From: Macrostomum lignano
Lineage: Eukaryota
Length of the DNA: 64,000 nt
Direction: 5' to 3'
Assembly (NCBI GenBank): GCA_002269645.1
Contig: NIVC01001767.1
Coordinates: 87,976 to 151,975 of the forward strand
In this document: positions 52,058 to 63,140 of the stretch, in pieces
Numbering within the stretch: the first letter of the stretch is position 1
Layout of the letters: the number at the start of each line of letters is the position of its first letter
Position numbers and translations under genes: made by a program
Notes under the pieces: model-generated
Databases searched by the model: none
Told to the model about the DNA's origin: nothing
Seen by the model: the letters and a program-made list of their open reading frames with translations, nothing else

Positions 52058-52164
52058 GTAGATTGGCTCGGGCAGAAGACTGGAGGGATTTTATGACGGG
52101 ATTATCTTTAATTGAAGGAGATGTACTCCTCTTCGCCCTGTATTTGGAGAAAATTTAGCGCCTT

Positions 52165-52480
52165 AAGTCGGCGCCACATTAAAAAATTTTTAGCGCCTCA
52201 AATCGGCGCCATATTAAAACACTTCAAATCGGCGGCACAAAAAAATTTTTTGATTTAGCGCCTTTAATCGGCGCCACGTAAAAAACTGTCTTGTTTTAGC
52301 GCCTCGAATCGGCGCCACATAAAAAACTGTCTTGTTTTAGCGCCTCAGATTGGCGCCACATAAAAAACTGTCTTGTTTTAGCGCCTCAGATTGGCGCCAC
52401 AAAAAACTGTCTTGTTTTAGCGCCTCGAATCGGCGCCACATAAAAAACTGTCTTGTTTTAGCGCCTCAAATCGGAGCCAC
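52165..52480 (+). repeat. ~39-bp array with dyad GCGCC-N7-GGCGC (TTTTAGCGCCTCAAATCGGCGCCAC)
   Basis: About 8 copies downstream of the TEX36-like stop. Confidence 0.88.
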
Positions 52481-53331
52481 ATGTACATCAAAAAAGTCTT
52501 CAAAGCGGCACTTTTTTGCACAATTTATGAGTAATTTCTAGAAAGTAGATTTTTAAAAAGATTTCAAAGTCAGTTTCCAAATAACGGTTGCTTATCAGCC
52601 GGAGAGGATTTTGTAAAAAATAAACAATTTGTTGTTGTCCAAGCTGGTTGTTCCATTGTTGAGTAAACATACCTGCTTATTGCTATGTTTGTTGTTATTT
52701 TCTATTTAATTTGAAAATATAGAATTATCCATTGTGGCTTTCTCTTTGGTTAACGCAAAAAACGCACAAATCAGACTCTCTCTTTGTAGCTAATAGTATG
52801 TCTTGCCTTTTTAAATATTTGTTAATCAACACCGGTTTGCTCTAGTAGAGTGCTTATATAGAAGTTTTTTTAAAACTTTATATTCTGTTATCTTAAATTT
52901 TTTCAGTTTTAATAACTTTGACTAATTTACTCATTTTCAGCAAATTTGTTTCAATCTGATTTACCAGATTTGCTGTTCAAATTATTTTTTTTCGTAAACG
53001 TGTCTAAAACTACTAATAACGAGTAGCATATCTGCGTATTTATAGTCTCTAACATGCGTTCGAACTTTCTTTTATGAAAAGAAGCTGAAAAGCTAAAAAT
53101 TGTATTAACAACAAATCTTTCGCCTTATTGCTTTGTATTCAATAGCACTTTTGTCAACAACTAATATACAAACAGGTTCTAGGGACTTGTACTTTCAGCT
53201 TGAGCTTCATGTTAAGCTTTTTTTAAAGGTGAAATTTGAAGTTTTATTTTGTTTTACTTGAATTTAAATTGGCCTTTGGGAATATTCAACTGTCTGCTGT
53301 CTCCTCCCGTTCCCAGCTCCTATCCTTTCCC

Positions 53332-53847
53332 CCTCTCCCTCTCCCTCTCACTCTCCCTCTCCCTCTCCCTCTCCTCCCTCTCCCTCTCCCTCTCCTCCCT
53401 CTCCTCTCCCTCTCCTCCCTCTCCCTCTCCCTCTCCTCCCTCTCCCTCTCCCTCTCCTCCCTCTCCCTCTCCCTCTCCTCCCTCTCCCTCTCCCTCTCCT
53501 CCCTCTCCCTCTCCCTCTCCTCCCTCTCCCTCTCCCTCTCCCTCTCCTCCCTCTCCCTCTCCTTCTCACTTTTCGCCCTTTCCCTTCCTCCCTCTCTCCT
53601 CTCTTTTTTCTCTCCCTTTTCCTCACCCTCTTTCTCCTCTCTCCCTTGTCCCTCTCTCCACGCATCAAATAGCATGCTCGCATCGTTCCATGCGTCAAAT
53701 TTATTGCATACTTGCCCACAACAATAATTTTATTTTAAAAAACGATAACTTTCCACGCAATTTAGTCCAAGACATTGACCGAATTACTCTGGATAACTAC
53801 TGTAAGTAGTTAGCTGGAAAAAATATAAAACGAATAAGCTGATTGGT
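53332..53847 (+). repeat. Left copy of a host segment (TC microsatellite plus ~290 bp unique) duplicated around the PLE
   Basis: Matches ~59090-59754; both copies end ...AAGCTGATTGGT. Confidence 0.93.
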
Positions 53848-54036
53848 AATAATTTGAAGTCAAGTTGAAAAAATAATTTCAACAAGTCAAGTTGAATATA
53901 ACTTTATTCAACTTGACTTGTTTGTCCTTTTTACATGTACCGCGTCCGTGCCTGAGATTGGAGGCGCCCTCCTCTCTCTCTCTCTCTCTCTCTCTCCCTC
54001 TCTCTTTGGCCAGCACCGGTAATTCATTTGGACGAC

Positions 54037-56151
54037 ATGAGCTCAGCAACTAACTTCCGTCAGCAACGTCAGTGGTTCAACAGTCGGAGACGCATTGGAC
54101 GTCAAGCTGAACCTCAGAGAAACAGTGAACGACCTGAAAGGCCCAGACAGCCTGCCACTCTGCCCCCGCCAAGACCACAGCAACAGCCCTTTAGCAACCA
54201 AGTCGCGGCAGCGTGCAAGGGACTGTGCAGGATCCACCACCATCTGCAGAACTGGTCTCGCCCGGCAGCTCCAGTGACAGTCCGAAGGAAGGCAGATAGC
54301 CTGACCTTATTCCTCTGTCCAGCGTTCCAGAGCAAGGAGACTCACCAGCGCTTTGAATCCAACGCCCTACAGTGGCTGGTGCACACAACGGCGGACATGA
54401 GGACCCATTACGGCACGCAGTTCGCAGCGGTGGCCGAGAAGTTGGAGCAGCTTCGACTATCTGGCCCGGTGGATGAATTCAAGACCGGCTGGCTCGTAGG
54501 CATCCGGTGGGCCGCCAACAAGATTGGCAGAGCCTGGAGTCCCCGCATCCTTGACGGTGTGATGGAGCGCCTGCACACCCATGGGTTCAAGGCACTGGCT
54601 GATTGTCTGAGTGAACCGGATACGCAGCTCCAGGCCACGACGCATTCCCAAGCTTCGACCGCTGCCCCACCCACGTCCAGTTCATTGGCTTCCATCATCG
54701 AGGTGGCGTCGGAGGAGCTCATGTCCATTTTCGAGACTGGAGCTAACGTGCCAGCGGCCTCAACGGCGGCCTCGTCGGCGACCGCGCCGGCGGCTTCATC
54801 GGCGGCCTCGTCGGCGACCGCGCCGGCGGCTTCATCGGCGGCCTCGTCGGCGACCGCGCCGGCGGCTTCATCGGCGGTGACTGCGCCGGCGGCTTCATCG
54901 GCGGTGACTGCGCCGGCGGCTTCATCGGCGGCTTCGTCGGCGACCGCGCCGGCGGCTTCATCGGTGGCTTCGTCGGCGGCTTCATCGGCGGTGACTGCGC
55001 CGGCGGCTTCATCGGTGGCTTCGTCGGCGGCCTCGTCGGCGGCCTCGTCGGCGACTGCGCCGGCGGCCTCGTCGGCGACCGCGTCGGCGGCTTCATCGGC
55101 GGCTTCGTCGGCGGCCTCGTCGGCGACCGCGCCGGCGGCTTCATCGGCGGCTTCGTCGGCGGCCTCGTCGGCGACTGCGCCGGCGGCTTCATCGGCGGCC
55201 TTGTCGGCGACCGCGCCGGCGGCCTCGTCGGCGACTGCGCCAGCGGCTTCATCGGCGGCCTTGTCGGCGACCGCGCCGGCGGCCTCGTCGGCGACTGCGC
55301 CGGCGGTTTCATCGGCAGCGACTGTACCGGCGGCTTCATCGGCGGCCTCGTCAGCTTCGACGGCTCATGAAGAGAACTCTACGGCGCCATCCGCACGGGA
55401 CTGTGCCTCAATTGAGACTCCGACAAACAGGGAGGTGTCCCTCCCCATGACTACGTCTACTGGTGTCCCAGAGACTGTCACCGCCCGGACAAGCGAAGAT
55501 GCCGCAGACTCTGGAACCCCGGCGGCTACCAGGAAGAGGCCCCCATCTGCTTCTCCGGATTCCGGGAGCCTCATGCAACCGTCGAAGACTGCCAGAAGCT
55601 TACGGGAGAACAAAGTCATCTACCACCACGGAGCCAAGAAGCACTGGAAGCTGAGGTCAAAGCAGAAGCCCACCCTGGTGATCGCTGACCAGAACGTGGA
55701 ATTCGTGAAGCTGGCCTCGCCAGACCTAGAGGTGCACTGCTTCCCGGGCCTCACACTGGACTACCTGAAGAACATCAGCAAGGTGGAGAATGCAAGTCCC
55801 GACACGGGCCGCGTCATCGTCTGGGCCGGCAACAACGACCTCCACCGTGAGAGCTTCGACTTCTCCATCGCCAAGCTCTGGAAGATGAGCCTGACCAACA
55901 TCAGGAAGGCTTTCCCCGGCGCGTCAATCTGGGCGGTGCAGACCGTGTGCCCCCCCGATGCGCCGGCGCTCCAGAAGAGTAACTGTCGCAAGACGAACCA
56001 GCTCCTGAGCAGCTACCGGTCTGTCAGCCTGATCTCGCTGGACACCAAGGACCTGGCATTCCGACGGGACCAGATCAGCCTGGAGCGACAGTCTGCTGAT
56101 GGGGCGTTCGCCGTCGCCCTGGAGACGGTGGGCGACCTTCCAAAAAACTGA
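54037..56151 (+). CDS. PLE ORF1 (~704 aa): basic N-terminus, helical HHxL domain, Ala/Ser-rich repeat linker, degenerate SGNH-hydrolase-like domain
   Basis: Intact ORF. SGNH-like blocks: LVIADQNV (55672-55698), VHCFPG, VIVWAGNNDL (GxND at 55828-55839) and RDQIS. Low-complexity repeat at 54750-55365. Confidence 0.75.
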   Translation: MSSATNFRQQRQWFNSRRRIGRQAEPQRNSERPERPRQPATLPPPRPQQQPFSNQVAAACKGLCRIHHHLQNWSRPAAPVTVRRKADSLTLFLCPAFQSKETHQRFESNALQWLVHTTADMRTHYGTQFAAVAEKLEQLRLSGPVDEFKTGWLVGIRWAANKIGRAWSPRILDGVMERLHTHGFKALADCLSEPDTQLQATTHSQASTAAPPTSSSLASIIEVASEELMSIFETGANVPAASTAASSATAPAASSAASSATAPAASSAASSATAPAASSAVTAPAASSAVTAPAASSAASSATAPAASSVASSAASSAVTAPAASSVASSAASSAASSATAPAASSATASAASSAASSAASSATAPAASSAASSAASSATAPAASSAALSATAPAASSATAPAASSAALSATAPAASSATAPAVSSAATVPAASSAASSASTAHEENSTAPSARDCASIETPTNREVSLPMTTSTGVPETVTARTSEDAADSGTPAATRKRPPSASPDSGSLMQPSKTARSLRENKVIYHHGAKKHWKLRSKQKPTLVIADQNVEFVKLASPDLEVHCFPGLTLDYLKNISKVENASPDTGRVIVWAGNNDLHRESFDFSIAKLWKMSLTNIRKAFPGASIWAVQTVCPPDAPALQKSNCRKTNQLLSSYRSVSLISLDTKDLAFRRDQISLERQSADGAFAVALETVGDLPKN

Positions 56152-56169
56152 GCGGGCCGGGGGCGAGCC

Positions 56170-58391
56170 ATGGGCCCCCCCCAACTGAGGGTGACGAACC
56201 TCTCCAGCCGCGCTCTCGCACCGACTGAACTGCAACTGCTGGAGCGCGGCCAGTCCTTCGTAGTGGCTCCTCGGTGCACCTCGGCGGAGTCTCTGGCGTC
56301 CGGCGTCCGCGACTTTGGCGAGCGTCTGGCCGTGTCGGCGGCTTGCGGCTTCAAGCGCGAACTGACGGTGAACGACGGTCCGCCGCTTCCCCGCCGCCCA
56401 ACGGCCAGCATCGATCCGAGCCGCCTCCGGCCCGAAATTCAAGCCGTTCTGGCGGAGCTGGACGACGTCAGGGAGAACATCCGGGACTGCAGGAACGCTC
56501 CAAACATCAGTCAGGCGGAGGCGAAGGCACTGCGAGATCTACGGGCAGACAAGTCCATCGTCATCAAGCCGGCCGACAAGGGCAGCCAGCTGGTCATTCT
56601 GGACCGGCAGGACTATGTCCGTGAATGCCTGCGTCAGCTAGACGATCCGGCCTTCTACCGGCTTCTGAGCGAGCCGATCAACCGCTTCACGGCCCAGAGG
56701 ATCCGCGCCGTCTTCCAGTCGCTACTGGACCGCAGGCTTATCGACAAACGCCAGTTCACCGCCTTCTGCCCGAAGGAGGAGTTCCGGACGCGACGCTTTT
56801 ACATCCTGCCAAAGATTCACAAGCCAGCCGAGTCGTGGCCGCTCGGCGACATCCCGCCAGGCCGGCCCATCGTGTCTGACGTGGACAGCGAATCATATAC
56901 CAGCGGCCGCTTCATCGACAGCTTCCTGCAGCCGATCGTCATCCAGCTGCCCAGCTTCATCAGGGATACCGATCATTTCCAGGCGGCCATCAGAGACATC
57001 ACCTGCCCGGCGCGGGGTGAGACCTTTCTGTTCACCATGGACGTCGCCAGCCTTTACACTAACATCCCGACCGCGGCCGGACTCAAGTGCATACAGAGGG
57101 CCTTCAGAGAGCACCCGGACGCCCGACGCCCGGACGCGAGCCTCCTCAGTTTGCTCAAGCTGAACCTGGAGCGCAACGACTTCGAGTTCGATGGCAAATT
57201 TTTTCTGCAAGTGAAAGGCACGGCCATGGGAAAATCGTTTGCGCCCAGCTACAGTAACATCTACATGGGCTACTGGGAGCAGCGGGGCCTGGAGCTCAGC
57301 CCGCATAAGCCCGCCCTGTGGCTGCGCTACATCGACGACATCTTCGGCGTCTGGCACGGAACGAGAGACGAGCTGGTCCGCTTCCACGAGCTCCTGGATG
57401 GCCTCGACCCGAACATCAGGTTGCAGCTGAGCTACAGCAGCACCGAGGTCAACTTCCTGGATACCACCGTCTTCTGGGACCGCGAGGGTGACGTTAAGCG
57501 CCTGGCAACTAAGGTGTATTTTAAGCCGACCGACAGCCGAACGTTCATTCACCGCGACTCTTTCCACCCGAAGCGGACGTTCCGGGGCGTGGTGAAGTCC
57601 CAGCTCCTCAGATACGCCCGGCGGTGTTCCCGATGGCCGATTTCGACGCAGCGTGCACCGGGCTGTTTTCAAGTCTGGTGCAACACCAGGGCTACAATCG
57701 GCGGTTCCTGCGCACGATCAAGTACGAGATGCTGACGGAGCTGGGCTTCTACCCGACGAGACGGTGGGAATTCGGCTTTCTGCCGTGCAACCCAACCCGG
57801 CTGTGCAGGTGCTGCCAGGCGCACGCCAGGTTCGCCTCCGTCTGCCCCGGATCAGCAGCCACGACAGTCCCGCTCATCATCAGTCAGCGGATCGACTGCA
57901 ACGCCACCAACGCCGTCTATGCCGTGTTCTGCCGCCGGTGCGACCACACGGTCTACGTAGGCGAGACCGCCAACAGCATCCGCGGCCGCATGCTGGCGCA
58001 CATAGGCGACATCCGGCACGCCCGTGACACTCCGGTGGCCCGCCATTTCACCAGTGATGGCCACAGTCTGGCGGACTTCGCCTTCACCGGCATCTGGTCT
58101 CGTGACAGCACGGGACCCAGAGCGAACGAGCGGCGGCAGCGCCACGAGGCCAAGCTCATCGAGGTGTTAAAGACTCGAACCCCGCACGGCGTCAACGAGC
58201 TTGCCGGCACGCTGCACAACCCGGCCACCCCGCTGATCCTACCCGATTGTGCGAGGTCGGACGCCCTGGTGGCCGCGGTGAAGGACCACATGGCCCGGTG
58301 CTGCGAGGCCCCGGTGCTGCCCGCCTACACCAAAGGGCGGAACCTCCGGCAGCTGCTCTGTCCCAGTCGACTGGAGTCCACCACTGATTGA
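56170..58391 (+). CDS. PLE ORF2: reverse transcriptase plus GIY-YIG endonuclease, with one frameshift near 57632
   Basis: ORFs 56170-57735 and 57624-58391 join if one base is restored in TCC CG^ATG. N-terminal NLS..L...E..LL..G..F signature of PLE RTs. Confidence 0.92.
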
Positions 58392-58956
58392 ATTTTCCTT
58401 TGATTTTTTACTTCACTTTCCCTTCTACTTACCTTTGTCAGACCGTGCCGGTACCTACCAAGCCTTTTATTGCTCCTTTCTTAGAAATTTTTTTATTCTT
58501 ATCGCTAGCCAAGCACAGCTTTTGTATATTCTCAGCATTTATTCTGCATCAACATTTCTATTGTTTCTTGACAGCCTGTACTTTTTTATTACACTTTTTA
58601 CTTTTACTCTTTTGCTTATCGTACAATTGCTCTTTTTAGTTTTTGAGGGCCTTTTCACCTTTTTTATTTATTGAGGTCCATTTTGTAAAGTGCTTAGAGT
58701 CGCTCTTTCCCCTTTTTAGACACCGGGGCAGTTGCACCACTCCATTATTTATTTCGTGTGTAGGATCGCTGCAGCCCACGTGCGGTTCACTTTATTTGTG
58801 CACTGTTTTTTATTTTGCATTTTCAACTCTAATAGTGTTTTATCGACTCACACCAAGTGTACATACCGTACGCTCTCTATCTACCTGTCTACTCTCTCTC
58901 CCCTCTAACCCGCCTATTTAATAACTTTTACAACACCACTTGTCGCTACTTTTCAC

Positions 58957-58997
58957 TTGCCCAGACGAAGAATTTACCTAATTCGAAAAATCGGCAA
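58957..58997 (+). ncRNA. Degenerate type-I minimal hammerhead-ribozyme-like motif of the PLE
   Basis: Stem I TTGCC/GGCAA; core CAGACGA (vs CUGANGA); A bulge; stem II GAATT-TACCT-AATTC; GAAA; AUC site. U4 is changed and stem III is almost absent. Confidence 0.5.
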
Positions 58998-59089
58998 CTT
59001 AATTCAACTTGACTTGTTTGTCCTTTTTACATGTACCGCGTCCGTGCCTGAGATTGGAGGCGCCCTCCTCTCTCTCTCTCTCTCTCTCC

Positions 59090-59754
59090 CTCTCTCCCTC
59101 TCCCTCTCCTCCCTCTCCCTCTCCCTCTCCTCCCTCTCCTCTCCCTCTCCTCCCTCTCCTCTCCCTCTCCCTCTCCTCCCTCTCCCTCTCCTCTCCTCCT
59201 CTCCTCTCCCTCTCCTCCTCTCCTCTCCCTCTCCTCCCTCTCCTCTCCCTCTCCTCCTCTCCCTCTCCCTCTCCTCCCTCTCCCTCTCCCTCTCCTCCTC
59301 TCCCTCTCCCTCTCCTCCTCTCCTCTCCCTCTCCTCTCCTCCCTCTCCCTCTCCCTCTCCTCCCTCTCCCTCTCCCTCTCCTCCCTCTCCCTCTCCCTCT
59401 CCTCCCTCTCCCTCTCCCTCTCCTCCCTCTCCCTCTCCCTCTCCCTCTCCTCCCTCTCCCTCTCTTTCTCCTCACTTTTCGCCCTTTCCCTTCCTCCCTC
59501 TCTCCTCTCTTTTTTTCTCTCCCTTTTCCTCACCCTCTTTCTCCTCTCTCCCTTGTCCCTCTCTCCACGCATCAAATAGCATGCTCGCATTGTTCCATGC
59601 GTCAAATTTATTGCATACTTGCCCACAACTATAATTTTATTTTAAAAAACGATAACTTTCCACGCAATTTAGTCCAAGACATTGACCGAATTACTCTGGA
59701 TAACTACTGTAAGTAGTTAGCTGGAAAAAATATAAAACGAATAAGCTGATTGGT
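59090..59754 (+). repeat. Right copy of the duplicated host segment (longer TC tract)
   Basis: See 53332-53847. At least two substitutions in the unique part (CATCG/CATTG, ACAAT/ACTAT). Confidence 0.93.
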
Positions 59755-59827
59755 CAGCCACCAGTGCCAGCCAATCCGGCAGGTGTAAGATGTCGGAGGC
59801 TGGTTCTCTCAATTCTAGCTATATAAG
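59749..59827 (+). promoter_or_regulatory. Candidate GPCR core promoter: ATTGG (59749), CCAAT (59771), TATATAAG (59820)
   Basis: Motifs lie 80-155 nt upstream of the ATG at 59904; motif match only. Confidence 0.45.
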
Positions 59828-59903
59828 CCAAGAATATTTGCCAGAGCGCTCGGTTTTCAATTTAACAATATCCCCTACCAAAGCGTGCTAATCTCTAGCC
59901 ACG

Positions 59904-60650
59904 ATGCATAACAGTTCTCTAGCAGAGTTGAGCATTGGAAACTCCTCAGGCGAGGCTGCCGACAGCAGAGGCCGCTACTCGGCCAGCGAGCGCGCCCTCT
60001 ACGGCTGCTTGGGCCTCCTGCTATCGGTCTTCATCACCAGCGTCAACTCCGTCATCATGTGGGCCTTCGTGCGCAGTCCCAGCGTTCGCCGGGTGCCCGG
60101 TCACGTGCTCATCGTCGGCCTGATGGTGAGCAGCGACATCCTTATCGGGGCCGCAGCGCTGCCCGGCTACCTGGCGGCGACCCTGTTCGACTCCTGGCCT
60201 CTGCCGATGTGGGCCTGCGACCTGTGGATCACCTGCGACTACGTCAGCACCAATGTCGGCGTGGTCAGCGTCACCGCCGTGGCGTTCGATCGATTCCTGG
60301 CCACCAACTGCGTGTTTGCGCACAAGCGCTGGATGCACCGGACCAACCAGATTCGACTCTGCGTTGGCTTGTGGATCTTCACTACGGCAAGGAACGTGCT
60401 CACCTTCCCCGTGTGGGTGCTGGCCACCGACTACCGGGCTGTTGCCGATCCCAGCACCTGCTCGCACCCGATCTATAAGAACCCCACGGCTGCGCTGGTG
60501 CAGCGAACTCTGGCTCTGTACATCCCCGTGATTCTGCTGGTCTTCTTTTACGCTGCGGTGGTGATGAGAATTCTGCGCAGCGGCGGCGACAGGCACGCCG
60601 GGGCGGTTGGACGGGCTGGCGGCGCCGGGGGCGGCGCGACTCTGCTCAGG
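59904..60650 (+). CDS. Class A GPCR, aminergic (muscarinic/histamine-like), TM1-TM5 exon; remainder not identified in the window
   Basis: TM1 NSVIM; TM2 SDILIGAAALP; ECL1 WPLPMWACDLW; TM3 CDYVSTNVGVVSVTAVAFDRF (Asp3.32 retained); TM5 LYIPV; donor AGG|GTGAGG at 60650. Confidence 0.85.
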
Positions 60651-61245
60651 GTGAGGGGCGGATTTTGGGGCGGATGGATGGGCGGACTCTGCTCAGGGTG
60701 AGGGGCGGATTTTGGGGCGGATGGATGGGCGGACTCTGCTCAGGGTGAGGGGCGGATTTTGGGGCGGATGGATGGGCGGACTCTGCTCAGTGTGAGGGGC
60801 GGATTTTGGGGCGGATGGATGGGCGGACTCTGCTCAGGGTGAGGGGCGGATTTTGGGGCGGATGGATGGGCGGACTCTGCTCAGGGTGAGGGGCGGATTT
60901 TGGGGCGGATGGATGGGCGGACTCTGCTCAGGGTGAGGGGCGGATTTTGGGGCGGATGGATGGGCGGACTCTGCTCAGGGTGAGGGGCGGATTTTGGGGC
61001 GGACTCTGCTCGGGGTGAGGGGCAGATTTTAGGGCGGACTCTGCTCAGAGTGAGGGGTGGATTTGGGGGCGAACTCTGCTTAGTTTTGGGGCGGATTTTG
61101 GGGTGGACTTTGGAGCGGACTTTGGGGCGGATTTTGGGGCGGATTTTGGGGCGGATTTTGGAGCAGATTTTGGGGCGGATCTTGATGCGGACTTTGTTCT
61201 GGGTAAAGGCCGGATTTTGGGGCGGACTCTGCTTAGGGTGAGGGG
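60640..61245 (+). repeat. 47-bp minisatellite whose unit includes the GPCR splice donor (CTCTGCTCAGG|GTGAGGGGCGGATTTTGGGGCGGATGGATGGGCGGA)
   Basis: About 8 good copies, then decay into GGGGCGGATTTT units. Confidence 0.95.
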
Positions 61246-61644
61246 CGGGTTTTAAGTCGGATTGAGGCGTTTTTGGGGCATAGCTCGTATTCTGTTCAGG
61301 CCTCAGGTTGAGCTTCTCAGGGTTAATAACCGCGACTTTACCAATAGGGGCAGATCTTGCCTAAAGTCTGAGTTGGATGACGCATGACGCGAAAGCCCCT
61401 CCGACTCAGCTTTCTTACGCTGGCCTTGGCAAAATTTCTACTCTGTCAAAGCCGGTAGAGGAAATCCAAGCCACGATGTCAGAAAAAGTCACGGCCCGCT
61501 GATTGAGAGGCCCACCTGCATTGACCCCGCTTTAAATCAGCTGCCCTTGAAACTCCAGGTTCGAGAAGTCACTGGAGTAATAATAACTAAACTAATTGAG
61601 CATGCTCGGCAAAGTCATGGGAGTCAGGTTTCTCACCTGGCAGA

Positions 61645-63140
<1,496 letters not shown>

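Larger units (their letters stand above)
53848..59095 (+). mobile_element. Penelope-like retroelement (Neptune-type), two ORFs, short pLTR repeats
   Basis: RT with YIDD (57328-57339), KGTAMG and KPTD; Cys-rich linker CNPTRLCRCC; GIY-YIG (VYAVFC..C...YVGET...R...H). A ~94-bp direct repeat occurs at 53906-54000 and 59002-59095, with inverted pLTR pieces at the 5' junction. Confidence 0.93.

Noticed and set aside
56149-56151. In-frame TGA as selenocysteine (as in Naiad PLEs)
   Set aside because: It lies in an interdomain linker, not a Cys-equivalent position, and I found no AUGA/AA/GA SECIS-like stem in the 3' UTR (58392-58960). A SECISearch run would be decisive.
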